From Bacteroidales bacterium (GTDB taxonomy: Bacteria > Bacteroidota > Bacteroidia > Bacteroidales > Paludibacteraceae): DNA of 64,000 nt. The notes under the pieces are model-generated. The model made no database searches and was not told where the DNA came from. It saw only the letters and a list, made by a program, of their open reading frames with translations. Each line of letters begins with the position of its first letter. Positions within the stretch are counted from its first letter, which is position 1. Positions 25,838 through 34,712 of this stretch are shown piece by piece. The translations under genes were made by a program, and so were the position numbers. The stretch covers positions 10,210 to 74,209 of the forward strand of contig JBNMHB010000001.1 of NCBI GenBank assembly GCA_050872525.1, given 5' to 3'.

Positions 25838-27832
25838 ATGAAAACAATCAAACTTATCCGTATGGAACTGCGGAACTTTAAGGGTGTAGCCCAAGCCGAA
25901 TATGACTTCGGAGACCGTGCCGACATTAGTGGCGGAAACGGAAGTGGCAAATCGACAATCTTCGAAGCGTACCTGTGGTGTCTCTTCGACAAGAACCCCG
26001 CAGGCAACACCCCCAAGGTACAACCTTACGACACCGCCAACGAAATCAAGCACCAACTCACCACCTCCGTTCGCCTTTACCTCGAACTCGACGGCAATCC
26101 CCTCATCGCGGAGCGCACGCTCAAAGAGGAATGGGTCAAGCCCCGCGGCACTACCGAACTCGTCTGCAAAGGCACCAAGAGCGAGTACGCCGTCAATGAG
26201 GTACCTATGAGCAAGGCGCAATACAACACCAAACTCGCTGACATAATGCCCCTCGACAAGTGGTTTATTCTCTCCTCTATCGGCATCATTCCCGCCATGG
26301 AGCAGAAAGCCTGCCGCGCTGCCCTGCAAGCCATCGCACCCGCCATTGACGAACAGACCCTCGCACAGCCGTTCCCCGCTGTAGTGGACGCACTCGCACG
26401 CGGACTGAACATCGACGAACTCCAAGCCACCACCAAGCAAACAAAGTCTCGCGCCAAGACCGAACTCGACAGCATACCTGCCGCCCTTGACGCACAAGAC
26501 CTCCTGCGCGTGCAAGACGACTTCGCCGCTATCGAAGCACGCCTCGCCGAGACCAAGACGGACATCGCCGCCCGCCAAGCCGAACTTGAGCAACTGCAAA
26601 CGCTGGGAGAGGACGCGGCACGTGTCGCCAAAGAGCGCGAGATAGCCAACCTCCGCACCGAACTCGCCCGTCTCAACGCGCAAATCAGCGAGTACGAGAC
26701 CAATGCGCAGACCGCCTATACGACCTCCCGTGCTAAATATGAGCAGCAGTTGCAGACCCTCACTGCAGAGTCGCAAGGCATAGCACAGCGTACAATGGTC
26801 GCACAGCAAACCGCCAAACGTTATCTCCTGCTCATTGAAGATAAGAAAAAGCGTATCACAACGCTCCGCGACCAATGGAAAGCCAAAAATGCAGAGACAT
26901 ATATCGTACCAGAAATGCAAACCGTCTGCCCGACCTGCGGGCAGGAAATCCCGGCAGAACGCATAGCCGAAGCACTCACCAAGGCAATGCAGGCATGGAA
27001 CGCCGACAAGGTCAAAGCCCTGCAAGCCATTCAGCACGAAGCAGAGGAGTGCAAACAGTGCCTCAACGACTATGAGACAGCCAACGCTAAAGCCTCCGAG
27101 CGCGACAGAGTCGATATAGAACGCGCACAAGCCATTGCCGATGAGGTCAAGGAGATACAACAGGCTCTCGACAATCTATGCACCCCCACCACTATCCTCA
27201 ACCAAGACGCAGAATACCAAACTCTCCTCACCAAGAAGCAGGACATTGAAAGCCAATTGGCACAGGCAACCCAAGCAACGGAAACCACGCAAGATACGAC
27301 CACTACGCAGATAACGGAAATAACGCAAGCGATAGCGAGTCTCCAACGCTTGCGCGAAGACTTGCTCCGCCGCCTTGCGGCACGCGACACCAACCGCCGT
27401 ATCGACGAGGAACGCGCCCGCCTGTTGGAGCAGCATCGCACCCTTGCCGACACCATAGCGCAAGCCGAGGGAGTGGAACAGCAGATACTTGCCTATCGCA
27501 AAGCCAAAATTATGGCGGTCGAAAACGGTGTCTCCTCGCTATTTACCATGGTGCGCTGGAAAATGTACGAACCAAACGTAACCAACGACGGCGAGAAAGA
27601 GATATGCCAAGCCATTATCAACGGCATACCCTACGACCAGCAGAACCGCGCCACACAGGTGAACGCTGCTATCGACATCGTCAACGGCTTCGCCCGCGCC
27701 TACGAGGTCAGCCTGCCGCTCTTCATTGACAACGCCGAGTCCGTCACCGACATTATCCCCACCAACGGACAATTCATTACGATGACAGTTGTCAAGAATA
27801 AACAATTAGAACTCACTAATTATCACAAATAA
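25838..27832 (+). CDS. SbcC/Rad50-like AAA ATPase of the phage recombination module (664 aa)
   Basis: The N-terminus is LRNFKGV...ISGGNGSGKSTIFEA (Walker A). A long central coiled coil follows. The C-terminus has LPLFIDNAES (Walker B/D-loop-like). It sits directly upstream of recT. Confidence 0.75.
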   Translation: MKTIKLIRMELRNFKGVAQAEYDFGDRADISGGNGSGKSTIFEAYLWCLFDKNPAGNTPKVQPYDTANEIKHQLTTSVRLYLELDGNPLIAERTLKEEWVKPRGTTELVCKGTKSEYAVNEVPMSKAQYNTKLADIMPLDKWFILSSIGIIPAMEQKACRAALQAIAPAIDEQTLAQPFPAVVDALARGLNIDELQATTKQTKSRAKTELDSIPAALDAQDLLRVQDDFAAIEARLAETKTDIAARQAELEQLQTLGEDAARVAKEREIANLRTELARLNAQISEYETNAQTAYTTSRAKYEQQLQTLTAESQGIAQRTMVAQQTAKRYLLLIEDKKKRITTLRDQWKAKNAETYIVPEMQTVCPTCGQEIPAERIAEALTKAMQAWNADKVKALQAIQHEAEECKQCLNDYETANAKASERDRVDIERAQAIADEVKEIQQALDNLCTPTTILNQDAEYQTLLTKKQDIESQLAQATQATETTQDTTTTQITEITQAIASLQRLREDLLRRLAARDTNRRIDEERARLLEQHRTLADTIAQAEGVEQQILAYRKAKIMAVENGVSSLFTMVRWKMYEPNVTNDGEKEICQAIINGIPYDQQNRATQVNAAIDIVNGFARAYEVSLPLFIDNAESVTDIIPTNGQFITMTVVKNKQLELTNYHK

Positions 27833-27914
27833 CTTGCGTGTCTGAAATAATAGTGCGTACTTTGCTGCGCGTAATAGAATACGCTAATAATCAATAAATT
27901 AAACATCCACAACA

Positions 27915-28667
27915 ATGGACAACAACAAACAAATGGCAGTCAGTCCTGTCGCAAAAATGGAGGTTGTGTACAACACCCTCGGTCAAGAAATCAAACTCAA
28001 CGCGAACATCGTTCGCCAGTACCTAACCAAGGGTAATGGAAATGTAACAGACCAAGAAATCCTGCAGTTCATCTCAATCTGCAAGTACCAGCAACTCAAC
28101 CCGTTCCTCAATGAAGCCTACCTTGTCAAGTTCGCCAACAATAGAGGAGGCGAGGACAACGCATCAATCATTGTCAGCAAGGAAGCCTTTATGAAACGCG
28201 CAGAGGGTTGCGCAGAGTACCGCGGTTTCCGTGCAGGCTTAATCCTCAAGCGCGGCACGGAGGTAGTGTACGAAGAGGGAGAGTTCATGCGGGACGGCGA
28301 TGTACTTCTTGGCGGCTGGGCAGAGGTCTATCGCAAAGACCGCGACTACCCGGTCAAAGCCTTTGTGAACCTCAAAGATTATGATAAGGGACGCAGTACT
28401 TGGAACGCTATCAAATGCACTATGATACGCAAAGTAGCCATTGTACACGCCCTGCGCGAGGCATTCCCAACACAACTCGGTGCTATGTACACTATGGACG
28501 AGCAACACCAAGTAGAGGATATCGCCTACGAGGAGGCAGCCAATGAACAGCGTGTACAACAGAACGCCAACACCGAAGAACTCCCCGACGAAGAAACGAC
28601 TCCGGAGAAACCAAAAGCAGAAAAGCCTGCTGAAGCGCAAATGCCTGATGTATTCGCTGGAATGTAA
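27915..28667 (+). CDS. recT: RecT/Bet-family single-strand annealing protein (250 aa)
   Basis: QFISICKYQQLNPFLNEAYLV...MIRKVAIVHALREAFPTQLGAMYTMDE is the typical RecT core. An acidic C-terminal tail follows. Confidence 0.8.
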   Translation: MDNNKQMAVSPVAKMEVVYNTLGQEIKLNANIVRQYLTKGNGNVTDQEILQFISICKYQQLNPFLNEAYLVKFANNRGGEDNASIIVSKEAFMKRAEGCAEYRGFRAGLILKRGTEVVYEEGEFMRDGDVLLGGWAEVYRKDRDYPVKAFVNLKDYDKGRSTWNAIKCTMIRKVAIVHALREAFPTQLGAMYTMDEQHQVEDIAYEEAANEQRVQQNANTEELPDEETTPEKPKAEKPAEAQMPDVFAGM

Positions 28668-29396
28668 ATGCAACTCACGGTTTTAAATAGTGGCTCAACG
28701 GGCAATGGGTATGTCCTGCAAAACGGCACAGAAGCACTCGTTCTTGAGTGTGGTGTGCCGCGGCAGGACTGCCTTGCCGCCCTCGGATGGCGTACAAGCC
28801 ACGTGGCAGGTTGCCTGCTCACCCACGAACACGGCGACCATGCCAAGTACGTGCGCGACTACTCACAACTGATGCCAGTCTATACCTCTCGCGGTACAGC
28901 GGAATCATTAGGACAGACGCGGCTGCATACACTTGATCCGCTCAAAACAATACACCTCGGCGGTTTTGCCGTACGACCAATCCCAGCCCAACACGATGCC
29001 GCCGAGCCTTTCGCATACATCATTGACCACCACGAAATGGGTCGCCTACTCTTTGCCACCGACACCTACTACCTCCGCTACCGTATTCCACACCTCAACC
29101 ACCTAATGGTGGAGTGCAACTACTCGCTGCCTATCCTCAATGCGAATATCGAAGCAGGGCTTGTACCTGCCGCCCTCAAAGAACGCACACTCAACAGCCA
29201 CATGTCCCTCGAACACCTACAGGAAATGCTTTCCGCTAACGACCTTACACACGTTGCACAGATAGTACTTATCCATTTATCTGCCCGAAATGCCGATAAA
29301 TCTGCGTTCTGCCGCGAGATAATCGCCGCCACAGGCAAACATACCATCGCTGCCACTAAAGGGCTTCAAATCGAACTCAACGCTACTCCGTTCTAA
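28668..29396 (+). CDS. Metallo-beta-lactamase-fold hydrolase (probable recombination exonuclease partner of RecT) (242 aa)
   Basis: The start codon directly abuts the recT stop. It has the LNSGSTGNG and LLTHEHGDH (HxHxDH) motifs. Confidence 0.75.
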   Translation: MQLTVLNSGSTGNGYVLQNGTEALVLECGVPRQDCLAALGWRTSHVAGCLLTHEHGDHAKYVRDYSQLMPVYTSRGTAESLGQTRLHTLDPLKTIHLGGFAVRPIPAQHDAAEPFAYIIDHHEMGRLLFATDTYYLRYRIPHLNHLMVECNYSLPILNANIEAGLVPAALKERTLNSHMSLEHLQEMLSANDLTHVAQIVLIHLSARNADKSAFCREIIAATGKHTIAATKGLQIELNATPF

Positions 29397-29424
29397 CAAT
29401 GAAACGAACAAACTAAAAACTTTC

Positions 29425-29709
29425 ATGCTTATGGACAACAATCTTAACAGCGCAACCTCTGCAAGTCAGGAATTACGAATTAAATGGTGGTTCTTGCACA
29501 ACCCGGGTAGAGAAATAACCAGTCTTGACGCATTAAGGTTATTTGGTAGTCTGGAGTTTCCAAAACGTGTCTCCACGTTGGTGGCGCAAGGGCTGCCCAT
29601 CAGCCGCGACAAGACGATACAGACGGCAAACAACAAGCGTGTGAAAGCCTACTATATCACCGAGGAGAACGCAGCAAAGTATATGGCTGCAAATAATATT
29701 GCATTATGA
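29425..29709 (+). CDS. Small winged-helix DNA-binding protein (94 aa)
   Basis: ITSLDALRLFGSLEFPKRVSTLVAQGLPISRD...VKAYYI resembles the HTH_39-type 'helix-turn-helix, binds as GxxxRIxEL' family. This assignment is from memory. Confidence 0.5.
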   Translation: MLMDNNLNSATSASQELRIKWWFLHNPGREITSLDALRLFGSLEFPKRVSTLVAQGLPISRDKTIQTANNKRVKAYYITEENAAKYMAANNIAL

Positions 29710-29918
29710 AAAAGAAACGTAATATCAATTCGCCGTGGCTCTTGGGTATGTCTGATGTATGTATCTACCTTGGAGACATCGACGAGCGGACACTCAAGAA
29801 AGCGTTTATCGCCAAAGGGCTGCATCCACGGAGCAGTCTCGGAAAACTTAACTACTACCACAAAGATGATGTGGACAAGTTCCTTGCGGAACACAACGAA
29901 TGGCAAGAGGTCAAATGA
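29706..29918 (+). CDS. Small MerR/excisionase-type HTH protein (70 aa)
   Basis: LLGMSDVCIYLGDIDERTLKKAFIAKGL...YYHKDDVDKFL is an Xis/AlpA-like layout. It overlaps the neighbouring genes. Confidence 0.5.
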   Translation: MKKKRNINSPWLLGMSDVCIYLGDIDERTLKKAFIAKGLHPRSSLGKLNYYHKDDVDKFLAEHNEWQEVK

Positions 29919-30262
29919 AAGAGGAATATCTAAAAACATACGCTTGGATGAACACCCTGCGAGGTGGTGTACTGCGGGATGTCTATGCGCTCATCTATCA
30001 GTTGGAACACGACGGACGGCGCAAAGGTACGGTCAAAATCAGTATCGCATACATCAGTGAAAGATTAGGATACAGCAACCAAAGAAACGTGCAACGTGCC
30101 ATTGCAGAGTTGAAAGAAATGGGCTTGTTGGAGGTCGAATACGGGAATGGAAAAAAGAGTATCTTTAAGACACAGACCCCTGCTAAAATAGCACCCCCTA
30201 CAGAGGGTGAAAACCCCTGCCAATTTAGCACCCCCGACAATTTAGCACCCCTCCCCTGCTAA
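29900..30262 (+). CDS. wHTH replication-initiator-like protein (120 aa as read; may continue in another frame)
   Basis: ISIAYISERLGYSNQRNVQRAIAELKEMGLLEV is a winged helix like those of phage O/DnaD-type initiators. The 3' end carries iteron-like repeats. Confidence 0.55.
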   Translation: MARGQMKEEYLKTYAWMNTLRGGVLRDVYALIYQLEHDGRRKGTVKISIAYISERLGYSNQRNVQRAIAELKEMGLLEVEYGNGKKSIFKTQTPAKIAPPTEGENPCQFSTPDNLAPLPC

Positions 30263-30275
30263 AATAGCACCCCAT
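30179..30275. repeat. Iteron-like direct repeats (four copies of a TAGCACCCC core), candidate replication origin
   Basis: The copies read gctaaaatagcaccccc, caatttagcaccccc, caatttagcacccct and gctaaaatagcacccca. They sit within about 95 bp at the 3' end of the initiator-like gene. Confidence 0.55.
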
Positions 30276-30389
30276 ACACATTATATAACTAAAGATAACA
30301 GATTAGATAATTCTTCTTCATCGCCTGCGTGCGCACGTGAGAGGTTTCAAAAATGGTTTGAAGAAAGTGATATAAAACAATGGGCAAAT

Positions 30390-30677
30390 ATGTTAGTCAG
30401 TCGCAGCAATCTCAACCTCATAACAACCTCCCTACTGGACGAGTTTTACGACAATGACTTTACCGTCCGAGAACGCTGCGAGCGTGGCGAGCGAATGGAA
30501 GTCCTCAAGCATTTCCAGAACTGGCTACCGAAATACATCAACAAACTCAAAAACGAACAGAACAATGGAAACAATCACACAAGCACTAAAACAGCAAGAA
30601 ACAGCAGTATTATCTCGCCCGAGGATTTCGCAAGAAGTTTCGGGTTGGGCTGGAACATCGGCAAGCGCGAGCAGTAA
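30390..30677 (+). CDS. Hypothetical protein; the reading frame is open from 30246 without an ATG, so it may be the C-terminal continuation of the initiator
   Basis: The frame reads ...RFQKWFEESDIKQWANMLVSRSNLNLITTSLLDEFYDNDFTVRERCERGERMEVLKHFQNWLPKYINKLK upstream of and through the listed Met. It overlaps the stop of 29900..30262 by 17 nt in a different frame. Confidence 0.4.
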   Translation: MLVSRSNLNLITTSLLDEFYDNDFTVRERCERGERMEVLKHFQNWLPKYINKLKNEQNNGNNHTSTKTARNSSIISPEDFARSFGLGWNIGKREQ

Positions 30678-31164
30678 TCCGCTATCGGTATTCCGCAACC
30701 AGCCGCCTGCAACGGCAACAGAGGTAATGCCTCTCGTCTATCGGCTTGCGGTGAACTTCCCATCGATGGGTAGCACCATTCAGGTCGGTAGTGAGCGGAT
30801 AAGTTTTTGGACTGTACTCGGCGAGCAGTTGGTGCAACTCGGTTGGAGCAGACAGCGTATAGAGTACGCCTGTAACCAACTCCTCCGTAACTGCCCTTAC
30901 CGCGAGTTCCGTGTGGCAGAGTTCCTGCAATTCGACAAGAACGTCCACGAGATAGACAATGCCGAGTTCTCCGCCATAGAGCGCAGCCGTGCCCCGCACA
31001 AGCCTATCGTGGCGGTACGCATAGACGGTAGATACAAACTTATCTACCAAGAGGACGCAGACGCTATCGGTCTCACAGACTATCAACGCCGCTACACCAC
31101 ATGGGAGGCAAATCAAATGACGCCTGAGGAGCGCAAGAAGATGGGTGTTCATTGGATGGATTAA
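30565..31164 (+). CDS. Hypothetical protein (start uncertain: 30454, 30565 or 30727)
   Basis: This is the long ORF 30454..31164. Its 5' part overlaps 30390..30677 in another frame. Candidate starts are METITQALK (30565) and MPLVYRLAV (30727). Confidence 0.5.
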   Translation: METITQALKQQETAVLSRPRISQEVSGWAGTSASASSNPLSVFRNQPPATATEVMPLVYRLAVNFPSMGSTIQVGSERISFWTVLGEQLVQLGWSRQRIEYACNQLLRNCPYREFRVAEFLQFDKNVHEIDNAEFSAIERSRAPHKPIVAVRIDGRYKLIYQEDADAIGLTDYQRRYTTWEANQMTPEERKKMGVHWMD

Positions 31165-31191
31165 CCAAAACTTATTAAACACACTACAACT

Positions 31192-31437
31192 ATGGCACTT
31201 ACACAATCAAAAATGACCGCTCCCGCTCAATTAGAGCAGGCGATAATGCTCATTGACGATGTGCGCAACGCACTCAAAAACGAACACCCCGCCATACACC
31301 AAGACCTCGTTGAGGTTCGGTGGCTCAATACGGCAGAGTTGCAACCCGCCAACGGGCAAAAGGTGATAGTCCGCACGCAGACAAGTTCGCTCTTGGCGAG
31401 GTGTGCTCCCTATAACCCACAAAATAACATCTTGTAG
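31192..31437 (+). CDS. Hypothetical protein (81 aa)
   Basis: An ORF co-oriented and tightly packed with the neighbouring phage genes. No motif recognised. Confidence 0.45.
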   Translation: MALTQSKMTAPAQLEQAIMLIDDVRNALKNEHPAIHQDLVEVRWLNTAELQPANGQKVIVRTQTSSLLARCAPYNPQNNIL

Positions 31438-31438
31438 T

Positions 31439-31606
31439 ATGACAATAAGAACTTGTAAGCATTGCGCTTATTGGCAGGGTGGAGACGGTGCAACGTGGTG
31501 CGACCACGGACACTGCTACACAGAACCCGACCACTACACGCACTGCTACTGTTCACGAGAGGAGCGGTTTGAAAAAAGGCAAATGAGTATAAATTTTCAA
31601 AACTAA
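31439..31606 (+). CDS. Small Cys/His-rich protein (55 aa)
   Basis: MTIRTCKHCAYWQGGDGATWCDHGHCYTEPDHYTHCYC is a probable zinc-binding segment. The ATG lies 1 nt after the previous stop, and the longer ORF start at 31403 would overlap. Confidence 0.45.
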   Translation: MTIRTCKHCAYWQGGDGATWCDHGHCYTEPDHYTHCYCSREERFEKRQMSINFQN

Positions 31607-31612
31607 AACACA

Positions 31613-32200
31613 ATGAAAAGGATTTCATTCAAAGACAGCGGAGGTCTGAACCTCACGCAAGCCGTCCTGTCGGGGCGCAAAACAATGACACGGAGAGCGG
31701 TGCCTGAACAAGTTGAGAGAGACGCGATGGTGTATGCAGAAGGTAAGAGCGAATTTACACGTGTAAAGTTTGAGTATGTTCTCAAACACTCTCCATACAA
31801 GGTCGGCGATGTGGTCGCCATTCAGCAGGCGTACAAGGAGGGGTGCAGGGAGTTGTTTGGCGAGGCGATTACGCAAACCATGTTAAAACGCACCGCAGCC
31901 TGGACGAATAAGATGTTTGTCAAGGCAGAGTTTATGCGCCACCATATACGGATTACCGATGTAAGAGTGGAGCTATTGCAGGATATATCCGATGGGGATT
32001 GCCTGTGGGAGGGAGTAATTGCTAAATTTGAATTTTTCGATGAGGAGATGCCGGTCTATAGTTACACATTTAGAGGCTGTAATAGTTGGTACAACACTCC
32101 TCGCGAAGCCTTCGCCGCACTCATTGACAAAGTCAGTGGACGCGGAATATGGGAAAGCAACCCGCTTGTGTGGGTGTATAGTTTTGAACTTGTAGATTAA
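31613..32200 (+). CDS. ASCH (PUA-fold)-like domain protein (195 aa)
   Basis: The N-terminus ISFKDSGGLNLTQAVLSGRKTMTRRAVP...YKVGDVVAIQQAY matches the ASCH pattern (xxxAILxGxKTxExR ... GD). Confidence 0.55.
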   Translation: MKRISFKDSGGLNLTQAVLSGRKTMTRRAVPEQVERDAMVYAEGKSEFTRVKFEYVLKHSPYKVGDVVAIQQAYKEGCRELFGEAITQTMLKRTAAWTNKMFVKAEFMRHHIRITDVRVELLQDISDGDCLWEGVIAKFEFFDEEMPVYSYTFRGCNSWYNTPREAFAALIDKVSGRGIWESNPLVWVYSFELVD

Positions 32201-32211
32201 ATTTTTGAATT

Positions 32212-33084
32212 ATGCTCCGAGTGTTTACAGCGTTCAGCGGGTACGATAGCCAGTGTATGGCATTAGACCGCGCGGGCATAGACTACGAATTAGTCGGTTG
32301 GAGCGAGATAGACAAGTACGCCATCACTGCCCACAACGCCGTCTATCCGCAGTATGCAGGGAGAAATTACGGAGACATCTCCACAATAGATTGGGCGCAA
32401 GTGCCCGACTTCGACCTGTTCACCTACTCCAGCCCCTGCCAAGACTTTTCCGCAGCAGGGTTGCAGAAAGGTGGCACAAAGGGAAGTGGAACGCGCTCAT
32501 CGATGCTATGGAAGTGCGAGCGGGCTATCGCAGCCAAACGCCCCAAGTACCTGCTATTCGAGAACGTGGCGGCGTTGGTAAGCCAAAAATTCATACGACT
32601 GTTCAACGAGTGGCAACTGCTGTTGGAGCGTATGGGGTACACTAATTTCACGCAGGTGCTAAACGCAAAGGACTACGGTGTGCCACAGAACCGCGAGCGG
32701 GTATTCATGGTCTCCATTCGGGATTGCGAGCAACCATACTACTTTCCGAAACCAATACCGCTGACCAAGCGTATCAAGGACGTGTTGGAAGACAACGTGC
32801 CGGAAGAATACCACCTCTCCGAGCGTGCATTGAATGGTCTTGAAAAACATAACGAGAACCACAAAGCAAAGGGGACTGGGTTTATATTCAAACCAAAGAC
32901 GGGCAATGATGTAGCCAATGCACTACGTGCCAACAGTGCACTTGCACCTACAGACAATACAATCATCGTTGCAGCCACGCTTGTCGGTGGAAAGTGGGAC
33001 AAGATAAATGATAGTGCGAAACGAGTATATTCTACAAACGGAATCGCCCCGACACAGACCGCTGGTGGGGGGCGGCAACCTTGA
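32212..33084 (+). CDS. DNA (cytosine-5)-methyltransferase, N-terminal catalytic part plus first target-recognition segment (290 aa), truncated at a G6 tract
   Basis: Motifs present: motif I FSGYDS, motif IV SSPCQDFSAAG, motif VI LFENV and motif VIII QNRERVFMV. It then reads NGIAPTQTAGGG before stopping right after the G6 run at 33067-33072. Confidence 0.8.
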   Translation: MLRVFTAFSGYDSQCMALDRAGIDYELVGWSEIDKYAITAHNAVYPQYAGRNYGDISTIDWAQVPDFDLFTYSSPCQDFSAAGLQKGGTKGSGTRSSMLWKCERAIAAKRPKYLLFENVAALVSQKFIRLFNEWQLLLERMGYTNFTQVLNAKDYGVPQNRERVFMVSIRDCEQPYYFPKPIPLTKRIKDVLEDNVPEEYHLSERALNGLEKHNENHKAKGTGFIFKPKTGNDVANALRANSALAPTDNTIIVAATLVGGKWDKINDSAKRVYSTNGIAPTQTAGGGRQP

Positions 33085-33238
33085 AACAAAGATTTTGATA
33101 TGACACGCCTGCAAACGTTTTTGAGAGATAATCCGTATCGGGGGGCAGGACGGAATAGACCTATACAACCATACCTACTTTACGGACATACACCCGACAA
33201 TAACCACCCGCTATTCGGCGGCGAATGACAAATTCATT

Positions 33239-33559
33239 ATGGAACAGAAAATAATACAGCGAGGATACGGCTACAACCAAGGAGGGGAAAAGGATATAGC
33301 CCCGTCAGTTACGACATCTTCGTATGAGTGCAACAATATTGTGAAAGAGCAGTACCGTATCCGAAAACTGACACCCAAGGAGTGTTTCCGCCTTATGGGT
33401 GTGGCGGATACCGATAGCGACAAAATGATGGCAGTATTGAGCAAATCACGCTGCTACCAAGTTGCAGGCAACTCAATAGTGGTAGATGTACTTGCGGCTA
33501 TCTTCGACCAACTATTCAACGGAAACAAGAATACAAACCAACAAACAGAATTATTTTGA
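33239..33559 (+). CDS. DNA (cytosine-5)-methyltransferase, C-terminal part (motifs IX-X); the frame is open from 33124
   Basis: RIRKLTPKECFRLMGV and GNSIVVDVL are motifs IX and X. The upstream in-frame sequence without an ATG reads GGQDGIDLYNHTYFTDIHPTITTRYSAANDKF. Confidence 0.75.
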   Translation: MEQKIIQRGYGYNQGGEKDIAPSVTTSSYECNNIVKEQYRIRKLTPKECFRLMGVADTDSDKMMAVLSKSRCYQVAGNSIVVDVLAAIFDQLFNGNKNTNQQTELF

Positions 33560-33563
33560 AATT

Positions 33564-33950
33564 ATGAACGAAAAATTTCACGTGCCGTTCGATACGGCAG
33601 ATTTACTCAGAAAAAAAGGGTATAACAACAAAGTGGATTATTATTATCTACCAAATGGGGAAATCTGTTTGGCTGTTATTACGGAAGTAAGCAACGATAC
33701 ACTTGACTATGAGAACAACGGAACCATTGCCGCCCCGACCTACCACGAGGTGGTGGATTGGCTGGATGGGAAAGGGATACGTATTGAGGTAAGGATGGCA
33801 TATCAATTCAGAGAAAAACAATGGTCGTGGTGTGGCTATGTTTATGTAGTCGAAGATGAAGACTATGAGACTTCGCAGTTGGCAGATTGGTGTTCCACCA
33901 GAGAGGAATCCATCAACGTGAGCATACTCAAAGCATTGGAGATGTTATAA
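33564..33950 (+). CDS. Hypothetical protein (128 aa from MNEKFHVPFD)
   Basis: The ATG at 33564 lies 5 nt after the methyltransferase stop. The longer ORF start at 33486 overlaps the MTase gene. Confidence 0.5.
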   Translation: MNEKFHVPFDTADLLRKKGYNNKVDYYYLPNGEICLAVITEVSNDTLDYENNGTIAAPTYHEVVDWLDGKGIRIEVRMAYQFREKQWSWCGYVYVVEDEDYETSQLADWCSTREESINVSILKALEML

Positions 33951-34055
33951 CCCCACACCGCAGGGTATAAAAACGGACGCGGTAAGTAAGACCAGAATTT
34001 TTCACTGTGCTGGCAGGTTTGTCCGTTCCTGCTTTTTCAAAAAAAACAAAGACAA

Positions 34056-34499
34056 ATGACAGAGCAAGAAAAAAAGCATATAGAGCAATTCAGAAACACC
34101 CTCTCGGTCGGGCTGAATATGGCAGCGGCGGCGGAGATGTTGATACGCACGGCGATGATTAACTTGGAGGGTGTGGGCTTACGTTTTCGCGGAAAGGCAA
34201 AGAGGGATATGCGTAACCTAAAAGACGCGGCGCATAGTGTGTCCTATTGGTACGAGCGACTGAATGAGGAGGTGGTCGGCAGCGATGAGGACAGCATGGA
34301 AATTTTCGATAATATACTTTACAACGCAGGGCGGCTTGCTATGATAGGTATGCACTACTACAACATTTTCAGTTACGAAAACGACACCGCAAAGGAAGAT
34401 GTCGAAAAGATGTTCAGAGTGATTGAAAATTTATCGCTTAAATCCACGAGCCACTGCTTTACGCAGGAATTTATAAACAATTATAAACCGAAAGTATGA
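34056..34499 (+). CDS. Hypothetical protein (147 aa)
   Basis: A co-oriented phage ORF. No motif recognised. Confidence 0.5.
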   Translation: MTEQEKKHIEQFRNTLSVGLNMAAAAEMLIRTAMINLEGVGLRFRGKAKRDMRNLKDAAHSVSYWYERLNEEVVGSDEDSMEIFDNILYNAGRLAMIGMHYYNIFSYENDTAKEDVEKMFRVIENLSLKSTSHCFTQEFINNYKPKV

Positions 34500-34696
34500 T
34501 AATGCAACGCGGCAAAAGAGCACCGGAGGTGCAGCACGTGTGTGATGAGTGCGCACGTGCCACCTACGACACCAACCCTTTGAATTTGAGTATCGGGGAG
34601 CGAAAGCCAACACTCATCATCTGCGCCTTGCAGCCGTTCCCCAAGATAGTTGTAGGCACACCAGCCTGCAAGAACTTCAAACCACGCAACTTATAA
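34496..34696 (+). CDS. Small Cys-containing hypothetical protein (66 aa)
   Basis: It overlaps the upstream stop (ATGA). It has CDEC...C...C residues. Confidence 0.45.
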   Translation: MIMQRGKRAPEVQHVCDECARATYDTNPLNLSIGERKPTLIICALQPFPKIVVGTPACKNFKPRNL

Positions 34697-34712
34697 AACA
34701 CGATTTACAAGT

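Larger units (their letters stand above)
32212..33559 (+). pseudogene. Interrupted (frameshifted or phase-variable) multispecific-type C5 DNA methyltransferase
   Basis: Two ORFs carry complementary halves of one Dcm-type enzyme. They are separated by about 40 nt that needs two frame changes, bracketed by G6 tracts at 33067-33072 and 33140-33145. Confidence 0.6.

Noticed and set aside
25826-27160. 444-aa minus-strand ORF
   Set aside because: It is antisense to the SbcC-like ATPase gene, which has a Walker A motif and a coiled coil. The Gly/Leu/Cys-rich composition is typical of the reverse strand of a GC-skewed coding region.
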